From Psammoneis japonica (lineage: Eukaryota), in assembly GCA_008632985.1 (NCBI GenBank), contig QPGO01000008.1, positions 538,979-602,978 of the forward strand: a stretch of DNA of 64,000 bases, given 5' to 3'. Below the pieces are notes generated by a model that searched no databases, was not told the DNA's origin, and saw only the letters and a program-made list of their open reading frames with translations. Position 1 is the stretch's first letter, and every line of letters begins with the position of its first letter. Made by a program: the position numbers and the translations under genes. Below, in pieces: positions 1 to 14,700 of the stretch.

Positions 1-642
<642 letters not shown>

Positions 643-1263
643 AATAATGCTTTTTGAGTGTGAAAGGCTAAAGGATAGTTGTTACACTAGCAGTATGATA
701 AGGTAGGATCGACACTTATGCAATAGGCATTGGAGCTCAATTTCAAATTGCTCTCTCGGTCTTGCTGCTAGAAGAGATTGTAAGTATTTCAAGTTTGTGG
801 CGGCCACAAGAAGAGGTGTCTGATGTTAGCCATGGCAGTGCATTTTTGCATTGGTAGATCAAACTACGGTTTTCATCTTGGTGGCAAACAGCGAAAAAAG
901 AAGAGTTTGGCAGACATAGTAGATGTAACGTTCGTCCAGTGTTCAAGTGGGCGGCAAGCACAACAAAAGGCAGTGAACCATGCAGACCATGTAATTCCCT
1001 CGACTGTTTGGGAGTTGATGAATACTCTGAAGAATCGGTGTCGTCTACTGAGGAGGTATGTTGTGTTTCCTGAGCTTCGAGGGAGAGGTTTTCAACGATT
1101 GATTCTTTTCTCTTTCGCTTGATCGAAAAACTCTAGCGTTTTATCTTGCTATTGACAATCTCTGTGATGACTTTCTGGATTAGAGCCTCGCTTATTTCTT
1201 CGTCGTCTTCAAAGTTTCTGACTCTAATTCTCTTACTCTCGCAACGGATAGCACATCAGCTTT

Positions 1264-1437
1264 CTACTTGATCTTGTGCTCGTTAAACAAAACCCGTCGT
1301 CTGACAACAGGGTCATACTTTACAAAGGCAAGCTTCTCGGGATTCTTGGTGACATTCTTTCTCGTCGTGTAGAAGAACCCGGTCCCCGCTGAACTCAAAA
1401 GCTTGATGGGTATTGTCTTGCCTTTGCCACGGGCCAT
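1264..1437 (-). CDS. MRPL33: Ribosomal protein bL33, probably mitochondrial (57 aa)
   Basis: [28 protein letters not shown]...[18 protein letters not shown] is the bL33 signature; ATG at 1437. Confidence 0.9.
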   Translation of the reverse strand: MARGKGKTIPIKLLSSAGTGFFYTTRKNVTKNPEKLAFVKYDPVVRRRVLFNEHKIK

Positions 1438-2027
1438 GCAGACTGCTCGCGTTGCGTGCATGTTCGATTTGCTGTGTTCGAGAAAAGTTCTACACGTGAG
1501 AATGTAACCTGCTGCTCCACGAATCGACAAGTGGTGGAGCGGTACTGTATTGTAGCCTAGAGGCAACAGAAACGGGGAGGCAAAAGGGTTGGGTTGGGCA
1601 CTTTGGACTTCGCTGATGAAAACGAAAGTTATTGTGTCGTCATGGCCGCATGCCGCATGATGCATGATGCGTCGTTGTTAGTGTGTCGGCGCGAAAATGA
1701 TGAGCGGCGTCAGAGTGAGTGTGGAAGCTCAAGCGTCTGCGTTACGCGCGCTCCATCAACCGTGCACGCATACCATAGGGCCCCTACATACATACATCAG
1801 AGGTGCATAAATCGTCTGTTGTCGTTCGCACACGCGCATTCGCACACTCAGCGCGTGTTGATTGCGCGCAAGGAAGCACACGCGCGGACGACAAGACGAT
1901 TTATTACTACTTTTGCCCTCCAAAATCTTTGAGCGTCTTGACAAAACGACGAGAGACGAAAGAGAACAACATGCAACGAAGTCTTTGCTCTGCCTCATAG
2001 CTCTCAGGCTTCAAAATCAAACGTATA

Positions 2028-3941
2028 ATGTCGACGGATACCAAAGAGTTTTTCATACTGTCGACGGACACAATCCGTGAATCGAAAACAGATCAAACAA
2101 TACCTGATGGATGGAATGACCGCCCACCGCTGTTTTCTACTGGGGACGAAGATCATCAGCTCAAAGAAGTGAGTCTGAAAACAAAATTGAATGTCGATTC
2201 TAGATTGTTTCTTGTGATTGCTGATACACTCTGTTGGTCTCTCTCGTGTTCTGGTTCTTCTGTAAGATGACGCGTAAAGGGATTCCTCCCGCTCTGCGGT
2301 GTGCTGTATGGATATCTTCTGTTGTAAAGTCATCTCATCCTCACCAACCCGAATCATATGCGGCCGAGTACCGCACCTTATCTAAAGTTCGTGTCTTGGA
2401 CAATACATACGACGCGGTTCTCAAACAGATCTTTTCTGATTCGTCAGAAGAAACCACAGATCCTCCGTTGTTTGGTCAGACGAAAGAGGATCTTGAAACG
2501 TTGCTGCTCAATGTCCCCGAAAAGGGCCGTCACGCATTGACACGTGTTTTGTGTGCTGCTGAACATATTTTGGGCATGGACTACTGCGTCATGATTCCCA
2601 CGATTTTGTCCTTGTTGTTGACGTGCATGTCGGAATCCTATGCGTTTTGTGCGGTGCGAGAAATGACACACAATTCGTCCAGGTTCTTTCCCGTTTCCAA
2701 ACGCGAGCACCACGCATGGTGTCGAGCCTTTGCCGATATCCTCAAACGGCTGCATCCCAAAACGGCTGAGGCCATGCAACACAATGGGGCTCTAACAACA
2801 GAGGGCCTGGATCCGATCTTTAAGTTCATGTTTGTTCCCATTCTGCGGCATGAGGTATGTCTGTCGAATAAAGTTTGAATGGTTGCGCCTTCCCTGTATT
2901 TTTCACGAACCCTCTCTTACTCAAGTACTGAACCTGTATGTTCCTATCGTGCAGCATGTTCTGAGAATAATGGACATATACTGCCTGGAGGGCTCTAAAA
3001 TTCTTTTTCGATTTGGAGTGGCATTGCTATGTCTTTGCAAGAAGGATTTGAAGGTATGTAGTTTGCACTGACTTGACCACCCTCTCGCTGCACTACCTGA
3101 TGGCTGCTCGTTTCCTTCTATCCCTGACCAGGATATCAAACATATTGCGAAAGGTGAATGGTGGAACCGTGTCAAAGAGTATACTCATTCTCCGGACTTT
3201 CAGTTTGATTATCTTGTACGAAAAGCATATGGGTACCACGGTTCCCGTCACCGAAAAAGAATACGATTTCCTCGTCGACACATTATTCATCGAATCATTC
3301 GAATTGAAGAAGAGCGCGTCGAATTATACGACAATGTGGAGGAGGCCAAGCCACGCCCCTTGGCCTTGATGCAAAACTCAGATGACCTTCCAATCGTGTT
3401 GGCCAAGGATGCATCTGTTAGAACGAGTTTGGCAGAATGGCTGCCGATGAGTTTGCGTCTTTGCAAATTGGACTTGATCTTTTCCACCAATCATCACGGA
3501 CGGACATTGGAGCGCTTCTATAAACATGTACACTTGTCACGCAACACAATCACACTCATGGAGGTTTTGAACAATGGCAGTGTCATTGGCATGTACGCTT
3601 CACAGGCGTGGCACGTGAGCTCTACTATTTACGGGGATGGTGAGTGCATTTTGTTTCGAGCCAGTCCATCTCCAAAGGCATGGAAATGGAGACCGGAGAC
3701 TTCTCCGCAAGATTTGGACGCAGAGCATCAGGCGCTGCAAGAACAATTCATGGTGGGCAAGGACGACTTTCTGAGCATGGGCGGGAACGACGACGGCTCG
3801 TGTGGAATCCGCGTGAACGAAGACCTGACACGAGGGGAAAGTGCTCCAGCACAGGGCTATGGAAACGAGCCGTTGCCAGGAGAGAATCTTAGATTGTTTG
3901 ACATTGGATTGGTAGAGGTGTACCGTCTTGTCTTGTTTTGA
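2028..3941 (+). CDS. Rab-GAP TBC domain + TLDc domain protein (TBC1D24/Skywalker-like), 4 exons
   Basis: Exons 2028-2168, 2267-2854, 2955-3053, 3132-3941 joined in frame by GT..AG introns; TBC motifs RKGIPPALRCAVW and RIMDIYCLEGSKILFRFGVALL; TLDc motifs LIFSTNHHGRTLERFY, YGDGECILF, LSMGG, VEVYRL. Confidence 0.88.
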
Positions 3942-6926
3942 ATGTGAGCTTGGGACACGGCGAATTTGGCTGTGCTGCCTGCATCGCTCTTGGGAACAAA
4001 GTAAATAAACACATCTATAGAGCACGATAAAGTGAAAATATGTTGGCGTGGCTTTGGGGAAAGTGATTGATTGTAGTCTTTATCGTGAGGGCAAACTTGT
4101 ACGAGTGCGAGGCAGGACAAACAGGATTTTCACGCAGTCCGCAGCAGAGAGAAAGGGCCCATCACATGCTGGCAACTGCCAAGAGTTGAACGTGTGGTTG
4201 GTTGCCAATGTTTGTGGCTTCTCAAGCAAGCTGCAAGAAACCAAGAGCCGCAAGCCAAGCAAGTGGTTAAATGCCATCAGTTTGGCAAAGGATGCAACGG
4301 CACTGCTGCACAGCCAAGAACAGGTGCAGGCCAGGCCAGGAATTGGGGTGATGCAGCTTCATCACCCAACACAGTTGGTCAGCCCCCAGCCATGCAATGG
4401 CAATGACCATGGCTTGGCAGGCAACATCAGCCATGATCAATGCACCATCACCCCATTTCTGCCACAGAAGATTGTCATTTGGTCCCAGCTTGAACTGCCT
4501 TTGCAGGCTTGATCCCCCCATTGGATTGCCAATGCCAGCATCACAGGGAGGGCACTCAACAGTGTGTTTGCCCCATTTGACCATTTGAGAGACCATTGCT
4601 CCATGCTTCATTGTCTCCAAAGGAAGTGTTTGCCCACATGACTGAAGGTCACACAAAGCAATGGCCACAGCAAGTGAGTGCCAACCCAGCAAATTGGCGC
4701 CAACTGGGGAGTGGTTGGGCAAGCCTTGCCAGCCTCCTGACAAGAAGCTCATCCACTGTTTCCAGGAGAGATGGCAGCAAATCATGATTTGCCAACAGGA
4801 GCAGGACACCCACTTGCAGCACCACAGGTCTGGTTGGTCATTCAGGCATTTTGGATGACAAATTGGCTGCAGAACAGCAGCAACAATGTCTCAGTGCACA
4901 CACCCATCAACAAACTGTCAATGCCAGAAAAAGACCCCAGCACAGACCCAAGGCAAATCAGGAGCAAAAAAGCTTGCACAGATGTGTCAAGCACATGAAG
5001 CTCATCACCTCCTGATGCTGTGGGTTTTGGCATTGCCCCCCCCCCCCCCCCCAAGGGCAGAGATGCTCAGTTCTTGGTGCTGGTGGCGACAGCCCCCAGT
5101 CACTGCAAAGCCAATGTTGGCATTGAAAGTTTGCCAGACACTGCCGTTGCATCAATGTTGCCAATGGGGTTGGGTGGACCATTTCTCTTTGGCCTCACTG
5201 CCCCAGAACAGGCCCACCAAGTTGTTCAATGTTCCTGCATTCATGGCAGCAATGACCACCCAAACACCTCTCTGATGCTGCAACTTTGGAAGCCCCAGAT
5301 GACCTTCACATGGCCACCACAAATGACACTCTGTGAAGTGCCAAATTGGCACATTGTGCAGTTTTTGTGACTGCCCTTGGGGTTGACCACCCAGTTGCCC
5401 AGTGTTTTGGAGAAATGATCAGCAAATGTCCAGACACAGACACCAAAAACTTGGTTGGCATTAAAGTGGAGCTCCTGCATTGGTTGCACCAGCAGCAGAC
5501 CACCTTTCTCAACCCTGTCATTTGATGACAATGACCCCTCCATCCACGTCAAAGACAACAATGAGGAGGTCAAGAAGAAGAGGCTGCAGCAATTTTGATG
5601 ATTTGTTTGCAGTCAGAGGGGCCTTGCTTCCTTGCAGGAAACACTGCTCACAACCTGATGATGATCCCTGCATCTGCATGGGAACGACACTGTCACTGAG
5701 ATTTAAGACCACCAAGTGGCTTCAAAGGTGGCATGGGGCACCTGTGCATGGACCTGCAGAACATTGTCACAACACCTGTGGCAGCCCCAGAGCCACACCC
5801 ATGCACTGCCATTGCATGAGGTCATGTGGGCACCAACATCAAATCCGGCAGCAGAAAGTGGACTTTGACAATGGCCCCCATTGACTTGGGTCCACCTCAA
5901 CCCTGATGAAGCCCACTTGCTGGGTGTTGCCATGGTGACATGCTTCTTGCCTGGTGTGAACCAACCCCTGTTGCCATGGGGCTGCCAACGCATCTCCTCA
6001 TGGATTGGGTGAACTCGTGAGCCCCAAAATTTGGTGATGCCATGCCAAAACAACATCAGACCTGGCTGGTGCTTTTGCAAATGATGCTCCACCTTGTCCC
6101 CAGCACCTTTTGAGTGTTGGCTTTCCAGCTCTCATTTTGACATCAGTCACCAACATGGCAAGTCTTCTGCCAGAACTTTTGCGGCATTGCTGTCTTGTCT
6201 AGAGCTGCTGCTGCCAAGCTCAAGTTGCCAGCCATCAGACCACTTCTCAAAGCTGTCTGCCATGTCACAGAGGACCTCCCCATCACTGACCCAGAGCTGG
6301 AGTCATTGCCCTGCTGGGAAGCCCCATTTGCAGATGCTGTGCTGTCATCAAGGATGCCCTGCAGCTGGTCCTTAAAAGGTGAATCTAAAAAGGTGCTGGG
6401 TTTCAACTCTTTTTTAACTCTTTGTTTGCCACAGCAACATGATGTGCACAATTTTTTTGCAAGAGGCAAAACATGGCCACCATCCACAGCACAACTGAGT
6501 GGCATGTTGCCATTCAGAGTGGTTGCAGCAGCAGACACTTCCCCCATGCCATGCAGGGGCAGGGGTGATTGTCAAAACACAGCAAGGTGCATTGTGGTGG
6601 CTTGGTTTGGTTTGTTGTTGTGCTGGCATTTTTTTTCTTGTCTTTGTTGCTCACCTGCTGTCACAACAGCATTTCTTGCATCACAGCAGGTGCAACCAAC
6701 CACGACCAACAGAATCAGTGCTGTTGTTCTTGACATCCACAGGATGGCATCTGGTGGAAGGTCAAACAAATGGGTGAGCATGTGTCACAACAATGTTGTT
6801 CTGTGGCACTGGACTGTCCTTTTTTGCCTTTCATGTTCCCTCAGCTGACCCTTGCTTTTTGTGCTGCATTTTTTTGCTTTTCAGACCATCTTTTTTGGCA
6901 CTGGCAACATGAACATCAACAATGTC

Positions 6927-9870
6927 ATGGACATCTCTGTGCTTGTGTTCAGCTCCAATGAAACATCCATGGAGGACACCAACCTCCTGGAGTCCAGCAT
7001 TGCTCCCTTGGCCTCTGCTGAATCACCTGATGATGCACTGGCACCACCTCTGAGAGTGCCTTGTCAAGTGAATTCTGTGGCCCATGATGGCTGGATTGCA
7101 GGATGATGATGTGTCTTTTTCATGTGGGTGTGGAGCATGGAGGGGAAAAGTGTGGCATGTTGCAGCTCTCAGCAGTTGCTGCAGATCCAAATGACAAGAC
7201 TGCACTGAACAAATTTGATGAGTGCATCGAGCCTCCAGAAGGAACTGGGTGGACAGACTGGATGGAGAGGACCTCCCAGGAGTTACACAAACTCAAGCTT
7301 GCTGATCCCCACATGGCCAGTGCTGACAAAACAGAGTTGGTTTGGCCAACATTTTGCAAGTTTGCAGGAGACATGTTGGGTGCAACCTCCAAGGTTAGAA
7401 TTTTGGTGGCATGGGGAGGCAGTTGCAAGCACATGTTCCATCTGACTGAAGAAACCCATCACAAAACCTTGTCCATGCCCAAGAAAGGGCTGAAGCACTT
7501 TTGTGACCCAAAGAAGTCAGTTGAACACTGCAAGTCCTGTGCCCTGAATGCCAAGACATTGCCCTGAATGCCAAGACATCCAAAGCTGTTTGCTGCAGCT
7601 TGGGAGAAATTTGGTGCCATGTGAAAGAGAGGGAGGTGCTCCCAAAGCTTGCTCTTTAATTGTTGATGCCAAGGCACAAGCTGATGTGTTGTGAATGATG
7701 ATTGCCTTTCAAGTCTGTGGACAAAGAAATGGAGTGGAGTTGCTTTCTGACATTTGGGCTGCCAAAAGAGAAAGAACAGAGAGCTGGCAGACTCTGGGCT
7801 GGAGAGGCCTGTCCCAGCTGGGTGGGAAAATGAGGGAACCTCTGTCTGGGAACCTTGGCAGTCTGGATCTCATGCAGGCCCTGTTGGGGGGGGGGGGGGG
7901 TTGTTTGTGGCCCCTCTTGGGCAGCAAAGCAGGCCTGCAAGTCTCTTGTTGACTTGTTTTTTTTCTTTTTCACAGCCCATGGCTCAGAAGAGGTTGCCAA
8001 GGAAACCAGCTTCTGTGCCAACAAAGAGTGGGTCAGACCCATGATGGAGCAAGAGTGGCAACAAATCAAAGCTCAGAGCAAACAAGATGAGGGCCAGGTT
8101 GTGGTTGATGGCAACAAGTTGGAGCTGGACTTGGAGTTGATGGAGCAAGGCAAGATGAGCTGGTTCATGGGTGGTTTCAACCACCTCTTTGGTGGCTCAG
8201 TTTTTGACCCTGATGGACCCAGCAGCAAAGCAGCAGCATGCAAGTGGGAGCAGCAGCACCTCTGAAGCCAGCAAATGGGCCTCTCATTCAAGCAAGATGC
8301 TGACTTGTTGTTTGGCACCTGTGGGAGCTTTTTGACAGTTTCTCATGACAAGGACTCTGTGCCTCCCTCTTGCAAGTCTTCTGACTGGTCCATCAGCCAG
8401 CAGCAAAGGCAGCAACTCAGATGATGAGCTTTGAAGAAGAGCCCAAGAGGAGAGCCAGGTTGGCTCCATGTGATGAGCACCACCCTGTGGCAGCAGGAAG
8501 CAACACAAGGAGCCAAACAAACCTTGGACTCCAGCCACTCCTGGGCCCTCCTCCTTGCTTGGCTTGGACTTTTGTTTTTTCCAACTGCAATGAAGCTCCA
8601 GTGACAAGACCTCCTGTGGATGGAAATTTGTGACTTGGCAGCACCATGGATTCAGAGCTCCATGCCTCAAAATGTTTTCATGCAGACTCAAAGATTCATC
8701 CACTTTGTTGTGGACAACAGAAATTTGCCAAAGCATGGCACCTCAAGATGGCCCCCACTGCAGAAGGCAGCCCCCTTTGTGAACAAAATTGGCAAAAGAC
8801 TCAGGGACAGGTGTGTTTCAAGGTTGTTGGCCATGGACCCTGAACCAGATTTGTTGGGAAAAGGGCACAAGCTGTGCACCAACAACCTCTGAACATCAGA
8901 GGAGCTCATCAAACTGGTGTGTGACATGCACAGCATGTTGGTGGCAGGCACCATGAAAATGTCAAAGAAAAAGTCATGAGCAGCAAGCAACTTCCCTTTT
9001 CACAAACTGTTGTCCAGTGTGTTGTCCAAGGTGCCTTGGGGGTGGTTGCTCTGGGCACAGAAGACTGTGCAAGGAAATGAGAGCAGTGCAGTTGAGCTCA
9101 AGTGCTGGCAACAACTTGGAAAGATGGAGAAAACAGGTTGGCAAGCTGCGCAACCACATGGCGGGTGCACCTGGGAATTGCAAAACATTGCAGTGGGACA
9201 ACAACTTGACTGTGCAGCAATCCCTGACCACATCAAGTTCATGCATGCTGCAGACAAAGAAGATGGGGAGACTGCTGAATTGCCCTTCAGCTTGAATGGA
9301 AATCAACACTGCCTCTGCATCATGTGCCACTGCATGGATGGAGAGACCCATGCCATGAAAGTGACAACAAAAAGGCTCACAAAAGCAGGGCACCCCTTTC
9401 ACAAATGCGCCAAGCCCACATGATGAAACTTCAAGTGGGTGATGGACCTGGGAATGCAGCCCATCAACAAAGGCATTGGTGGGCATGCATGCGGCCCCAC
9501 AAAAAAGCCAAAATGGGTCTGAAAGAAGGCATGCACACCTTGCAGCTGGGGAGAGTGTTTTCTGCAAACATGGCCTGGTGTGTGGAAAGACCCATGGACC
9601 AAAAAAAGGGAGAAAGAGGCCTGTGCAGGAAGAAGACCTTTTGCATGACAAGAAAGTGACAAAGATGTCCAACCTCAGCAAAGATTGCTGTGATTGCATC
9701 AGGAAGGCCAGTTTGAAGATGCCAGATGCAAGTTGCACCACCTTGAGACAAGGGTGCTGCAAATCTTTGCATGGCTGCAGAAAATGTGACAAGGCAATTT
9801 GCAAAGCATGCTGGCAACATTGTGGTCACCTTGGGCACCACATCAGGAACAGGCAGGCATGGCACAACAT
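6927..9870 (+). mobile_element. Degenerate piggyBac-like DNA transposon: DEDDh 3'-5' exonuclease remnant (about 7100-7700), DDE_Tnp_1_7-like transposase (about 7950-9420), Cys-rich C-terminus (about 9550-9850)
   Basis: Remnants EEVAKETSFCANKEWV, PWIQSSMPQNVFMQTQRFIHFVVDN..PLQK, LCTNNL*TS (TDNxYTS-like), IPDHIKFMHAADKED (YNxxMxxVDxxD-like), CRKCDKAICKACW; upstream HVGVEHGG..GMLQLSA and SLIVDAKAQAD resemble Exo I and Exo III motifs; many stops and frameshifts. Confidence 0.7.
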
Positions 9871-10338
9871 TTGTTGAGCAACAAACAATGGTGCAACAGG
9901 CAACAGGAGCACAACTTCCCTCAATGACAAAACAAAAGCTTGCCTCAGTCTCTGTTGCCCCCCAATCAACGGCACGCCATTGTTGCAAAAAAGGTGCATT
10001 GGCGCATGATGCTGAGGCACAACATGAGATGCACTGAACAACAAATGACAATGAAAAAGATGACAACATGAACTTGCTTTGAAAGAAAGACAAAAGATTG
10101 CATGCATCTGTTGCTTTTGCCCCCAACCCCAGCTCAAATCCAAGAGCAACTTTTTAAAATTGGCATGTGTCCTGCCTTGCCATTCCTGCAGCATCAGCAC
10201 TGGCACCTGAATTTGAGCAAAAAGCGTTGCTCCCAACTCTTCTTCCAACAATCTTGAATCAGGCAAAAAGTTCAGGAGAAACAAGCACAGAACTCCTGCC
10301 CACCACATTGACAAGACATTCACCAATTTTGATTGTTT

Positions 10339-10892
10339 GAGAGAGAGAGAGAGAGAGAGAGAGAGTCATTCAAGAGAGTGACTGGTGTGTGTTGATTGCA
10401 GAAATGACACGGCAAACTCCACAAAGGACTTTGACTTTTTGATTGCTTCTTGGCTTGCACAACCTTGGCAATCTCCTCTCATGCCAAAACCTTTGCATCT
10501 CCAATGCTCCCCAGTTTTGTCCTGCCAGATTACAAAAAGAGAGACAATTTTGTTCATTCGTTCATTCATTTGTTTGTTTGAGAGAGAGAGAGAGGGAGAG
10601 AGAGAGAGGCAGACAGAGAGTGCAATGATTGGCCCAAATCAAATCCACTGAATCCACTCATCTGCCCCTCACCCTTGGATTGTTTTGACGCAATGGCCAC
10701 CCCACATGGTTGACAACAGCAGCCAGCCACTGATGAAGCCACTGCAAAAGTCCCGCTCCTGACTTCGACCAATGCTGTTGTGCCTGCCATTTGTCTTGCA
10801 GCTTGGGTGACCATCTGAGTGGCAGCTCCCACCTCAGCTGCTTCTTGTTTTTGTTGGTCAACGTGGTTGTTCATTCGTTCATTTGTCCATTC

Positions 10893-10925
<33 letters not shown>

Positions 10926-10985
10926 GCTGGAGCATGTTCATTGCAGAGTTGACACTGTGAATTCCACAAAGGACTTTGACTTTGA
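10339..10985. repeat. Three (GA)n microsatellites with duplicated flanks
   Basis: (GA)n at about 10339-10365, 10580-10620 and 10898-10925; shared TCCACAAAGGACTTTGACTTT at about 10418 and 10963; shared TGTTCATTCGTTCATT upstream of tracts 2 and 3. Confidence 0.85.
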
Positions 10986-13900
10986 TTGCTTCTTGCCTGG
11001 GACATTGCCAGATTTGCACGGGCACTTGTCTCAAGCCTTCATTCTTCTGTTGGCATTCTTGGCATGAAGCTCAAGATGATTGAATTTTAACAAAGCTGCT
11101 CCAACTGGACCTCTCTTTGTCAAGCTGCCCAAAGCTGCACGTTGTTCACTTTGTTGGGCATTGTCTTGAGAGTTGTGCATGTGGACAATGTGGAGGAAAA
11201 ACCAGCACACTGTGCAAGACAAAACAAAGTCTTGCTTGTTTGTGCAAATGCCAGAACCACAATCCTGCAATGTCCTTTTTGTTGGGCAATGTGCAGGACA
11301 TTTTTCCCTGACAAATGATGAGCCATTTTTTGTTGCATCATTTTGGAGCTGAGAATCTGGGTGCTGCGGCACTGCAGCAGCACATGCTGCTGGAAGCCTT
11401 GTCCACTGGCCCTCATTTGGAGTGGCTTCAACAGCACCCAAGTGACTTGGGATTTCAGTCAGAGGGTGTCTCAGTGTGACAATCATCAACAATGGTTTTC
11501 TCATCAGTCATCCACCACCAACAATTCCATGCTGTCCAAGTGCAGCCTGCAACATTCCCGCCACCAAAAAAATGTCCATGCTTCAGAGTCAAGGCAAGTG
11601 AGCAACTCAACCAAGAGTGCAGTTTCATCGCTGTTGCAGGACAAATGGATGAGTTGGCTCATGGTGTTCCAACACCAGCTGCACTTGGGCCCACATGATT
11701 TGTTGGATTTGCGCCATCCAACAAAGTCTTGGGAGGATGCTCTGCTCATGGTGGAAAATGTGATGCTGTCAAAAAGCCCGTGGCTTCATCAAAGGTGGAC
11801 TTGCACATGCATGTTCCAAGAGGCAGCACAGGAGAAACTTTGGAGATCATTTGCTGTGCAATGCAGTCAATGCCAGTTTGGACAAAATGACTCAAAGACT
11901 TTTGGTCAAGAACAGCTCATCAAGAACAACTCAATGTGGTGCGTGCACAATGCCAACATTTTCTCCACAAAGCACATGCCCAACACAGTGACAAAGCCAT
12001 TTTTCTGGGCTCAAATGGAAGCACCTTGCAATGGGGAAATGAAATGAATTGCTGCAAGTGAGGCTGGGGTTGTGGCTGCTCTTGTTGCCAGCAAGTTGAG
12101 CAAAGGTCACCTTGTCATTGGAAGAACCAACAGAATGAGAAACTGTCAAATGGGGAAGAATCACAGAATTGTTGTGGTCTGCCCCCTGTTCCAGCACACA
12201 TGCCAGAACAAAGGAAATGAAGTGCTCCAGGTGCAACAGCAGCCATGCAGTTTCTTTGCCATGCACGACACTCCCCATCTAGAGCCAGCTCAGGTTGCTG
12301 GAGCAGGCGGGCTGCAGTGCTGCTTCTGTCTCTGTCCAGAGATTTAGATTGCCAAGAGATTTGTGTCTTCTTGGCCCAAGCCACATCACTGAGGCATTCA
12401 TCAGCTTCAGTCTTGCTTCTGGCTCAGACAAAAGAGAAACAAGAATCAACTCCTCAATCAATGGATGAAGCTGGAGAGAAACAGCAAAGACAAAGCAAGG
12501 AGATGGAAGATGTGCAAAGCAAAGAGGGTGGAAGCAAAGAATTTTCTTGTCTCATCAAGCAGACCAAATGACCAGCCAACAGAGAGAAGTTGGAGATTCC
12601 TGTGGTGTCCTTGAACAGAGCAGCTGTCACAGCTGCATCTTGGAGCTCCATGGCAAGGAGTTGCTGCACGCAGGTCAAGGAAGGTTTTTGTCGTGGGCCC
12701 TGCACCAATGCTTTTGGGGCTGTCTTTTTGGCTGTGACAGATGAGACACCAATGAAGCCACAATGTTGGTTGTGGGAGCAACACAAAAATGAAATTGAAA
12801 CATGACCAGAGCAGCTTGCTTGAGGCACTTGGAGTGGACAAAGCTTCCAATGGCAGGCGTGTGTCAACTTGACTGAGCTCAAGGTGGGCTGGTGGATTCA
12901 TGATGGTTCCCTGAACAGGAGTTTGAAGATTGGCTCCAACTCTCTCCTCCTTGAGCACAAAAAAGCCAAAATTGACCACACCATTGTCTTGCAGTTGGGC
13001 CAGCAATGCTGACCATGCAGCAGACCCACACTCCCCAGCACATCATTTTAAGTCAAGACAGGAGTTAACTGGGTGCTTGTTGTGCAGCACCAAACAAGGC
13101 AACTGGAGAATGGACAAGCCCAATCCACACCAAGCGGGAGACACCAAAAAGAACACAGAAAAAACACGTGCATGTCTTCAAATGTCAACTCACAAAAATT
13201 GACCTGAAAAGTGCAAGGGCCCATGAACCATTTCTGGATGAAAAAGCTGTCTTGGAAGAGGGTGTGTCTCTTTTCTCCAAAAGAAAAGCCTGGGGAGTTG
13301 CTGACAATTGCAAGAAGAAACACAGCTGCAAGCAATGCTGCTGTGCATTGTTGACAACCAAGTTGCATGGAATTTGATGTGAGGAAAACACCAAGAGGTC
13401 TTTGCATGAGTCTCAGAGGAGTGGTGCAAAAGGGATGATTGCCTGGATCATCACTTGGATTGCAGTCATCCACGTGGAAAACAATTGATGTGGTTTGGAA
13501 GAAGTGGCAGCTGTGAAGATGCTCTGTCTTGGGAATTCAAAGAAACAAGACAAGAAATGTGAGAACATCTTGGGTGCAGAATTGTGCAGAGGAAATGTGT
13601 GGCCGTTGAGGATGAGAATGCAAAGAGATGAGTCAGCATGATGATGGTGTGACACCACTCATGAACAAAAGCTTGACAGAATGTCCCCACTGACACCTGT
13701 GGCATCTTCATCATGGCACAACTGCCAAACATTCTGTGGTGTCCAAGGAGGTTGACACAGCACCAAACTCTTGCGTGGGACAGTTTTGCAGGCACTTGCA
13801 CAGAAAAGTGTGTGCTTGAGGTCACAGAGCCACTGCCGCAGCTGCATCTTGAGTGTGAAAGCAGCACACATGTGCAGGGTTGAGGAAGATTTGTGCAGTG

Positions 13901-14700
13901 GACTCAGCATTGCTGCTTTCAGAGCCACCTCTTAGACTGGTGTTTCATCTGGGTCAGACTCTTTGAAGCATTTGGGAGGTGTGTGTCAACAGGAGTTGTG
14001 CCAGCAAAATGACATGACTTGTGCACCTTTCATGAGGTGCGGTTCTTGGAGTTGCCAAAGCTTCTGGCAAGCATGTGCCAATGACAGGGCACAAGGCAAA
14101 CTGGCAGAATTGCAACCCCCTTGATGGCACACCCTTGATGGAGCACAATGGTGCTGGAGCAATCAAGATCACTTGGGCCAGTTGGGCATGGCACACCCAA
14201 TCTGACACTGTTTGCTGTTCTTGCTTGTGAGCCTTGAGAGAGCTTGCACAAAACTGCAAACCAACTTCCAAAGACATGTGCAATCAAGCACACAGAGGAA
14301 AGCTGCTGAGGACCCAAGCTGTCAGGTCTGCACAGCAATCATGTGCAGACAACATCCAATGATTGAAACCCAGCAGATCTGATTTGCAATGAGAGCAACT
14401 TGCCTTTTTCAATGGACAAAGCAGCCATGGCAATCAACGAAACTGATGTGTCTCCAATGTGGTGGGGCAACTTTTGTGTGATTTGTGCAATGGCAAGCAA
14501 ACTGATTCCAAGCTCACTTTTCATGGGTTTGCTGTTTCAAAAAAATCAAAAAAGGTGGTGAGAAAACAATGGCGCTTTTCACTGTCACACTTTGTGTGGC
14601 TTTTGCGAACTCCTGACAGATGTTGTTGCATGAGCTCATCCAAGTTCCAACAAGATTTTTTCCCACTTCCACAGATCTCTTTTTCCATCTGTCTGTTTTT
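10950..14700 (-). mobile_element. Highly degenerate coding element, possibly an Academ-like DNA transposon
   Basis: Weak motif echoes only (AIVSNSPG for DQP-like, HGPLHF, STFDEATGFL..IHLSCNSDETALLV for XPG-like HEEAD/DTD); not verifiable by eye. Confidence 0.25.

Noticed and set aside
743..1122. Short ORFs between PDS and bL33, and antisense ORFs over real genes
   Set aside because: No motifs; shadows of UTRs or of opposite-strand CDS
5036..7900. C17 (5036-5052) and G15 (7886-7900) runs and the 20-bp tandem at 7540-7579 as functional elements
   Set aside because: Isolated slippage products inside decayed repeats
6414..10280. piggyBac termini (TTAA-CTCTTTGTTTGCC at 6414; GGCAAAAAGTTCA at about 10262)
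   Set aside because: Right-end match too poor to call TIRs or a TTAA duplication
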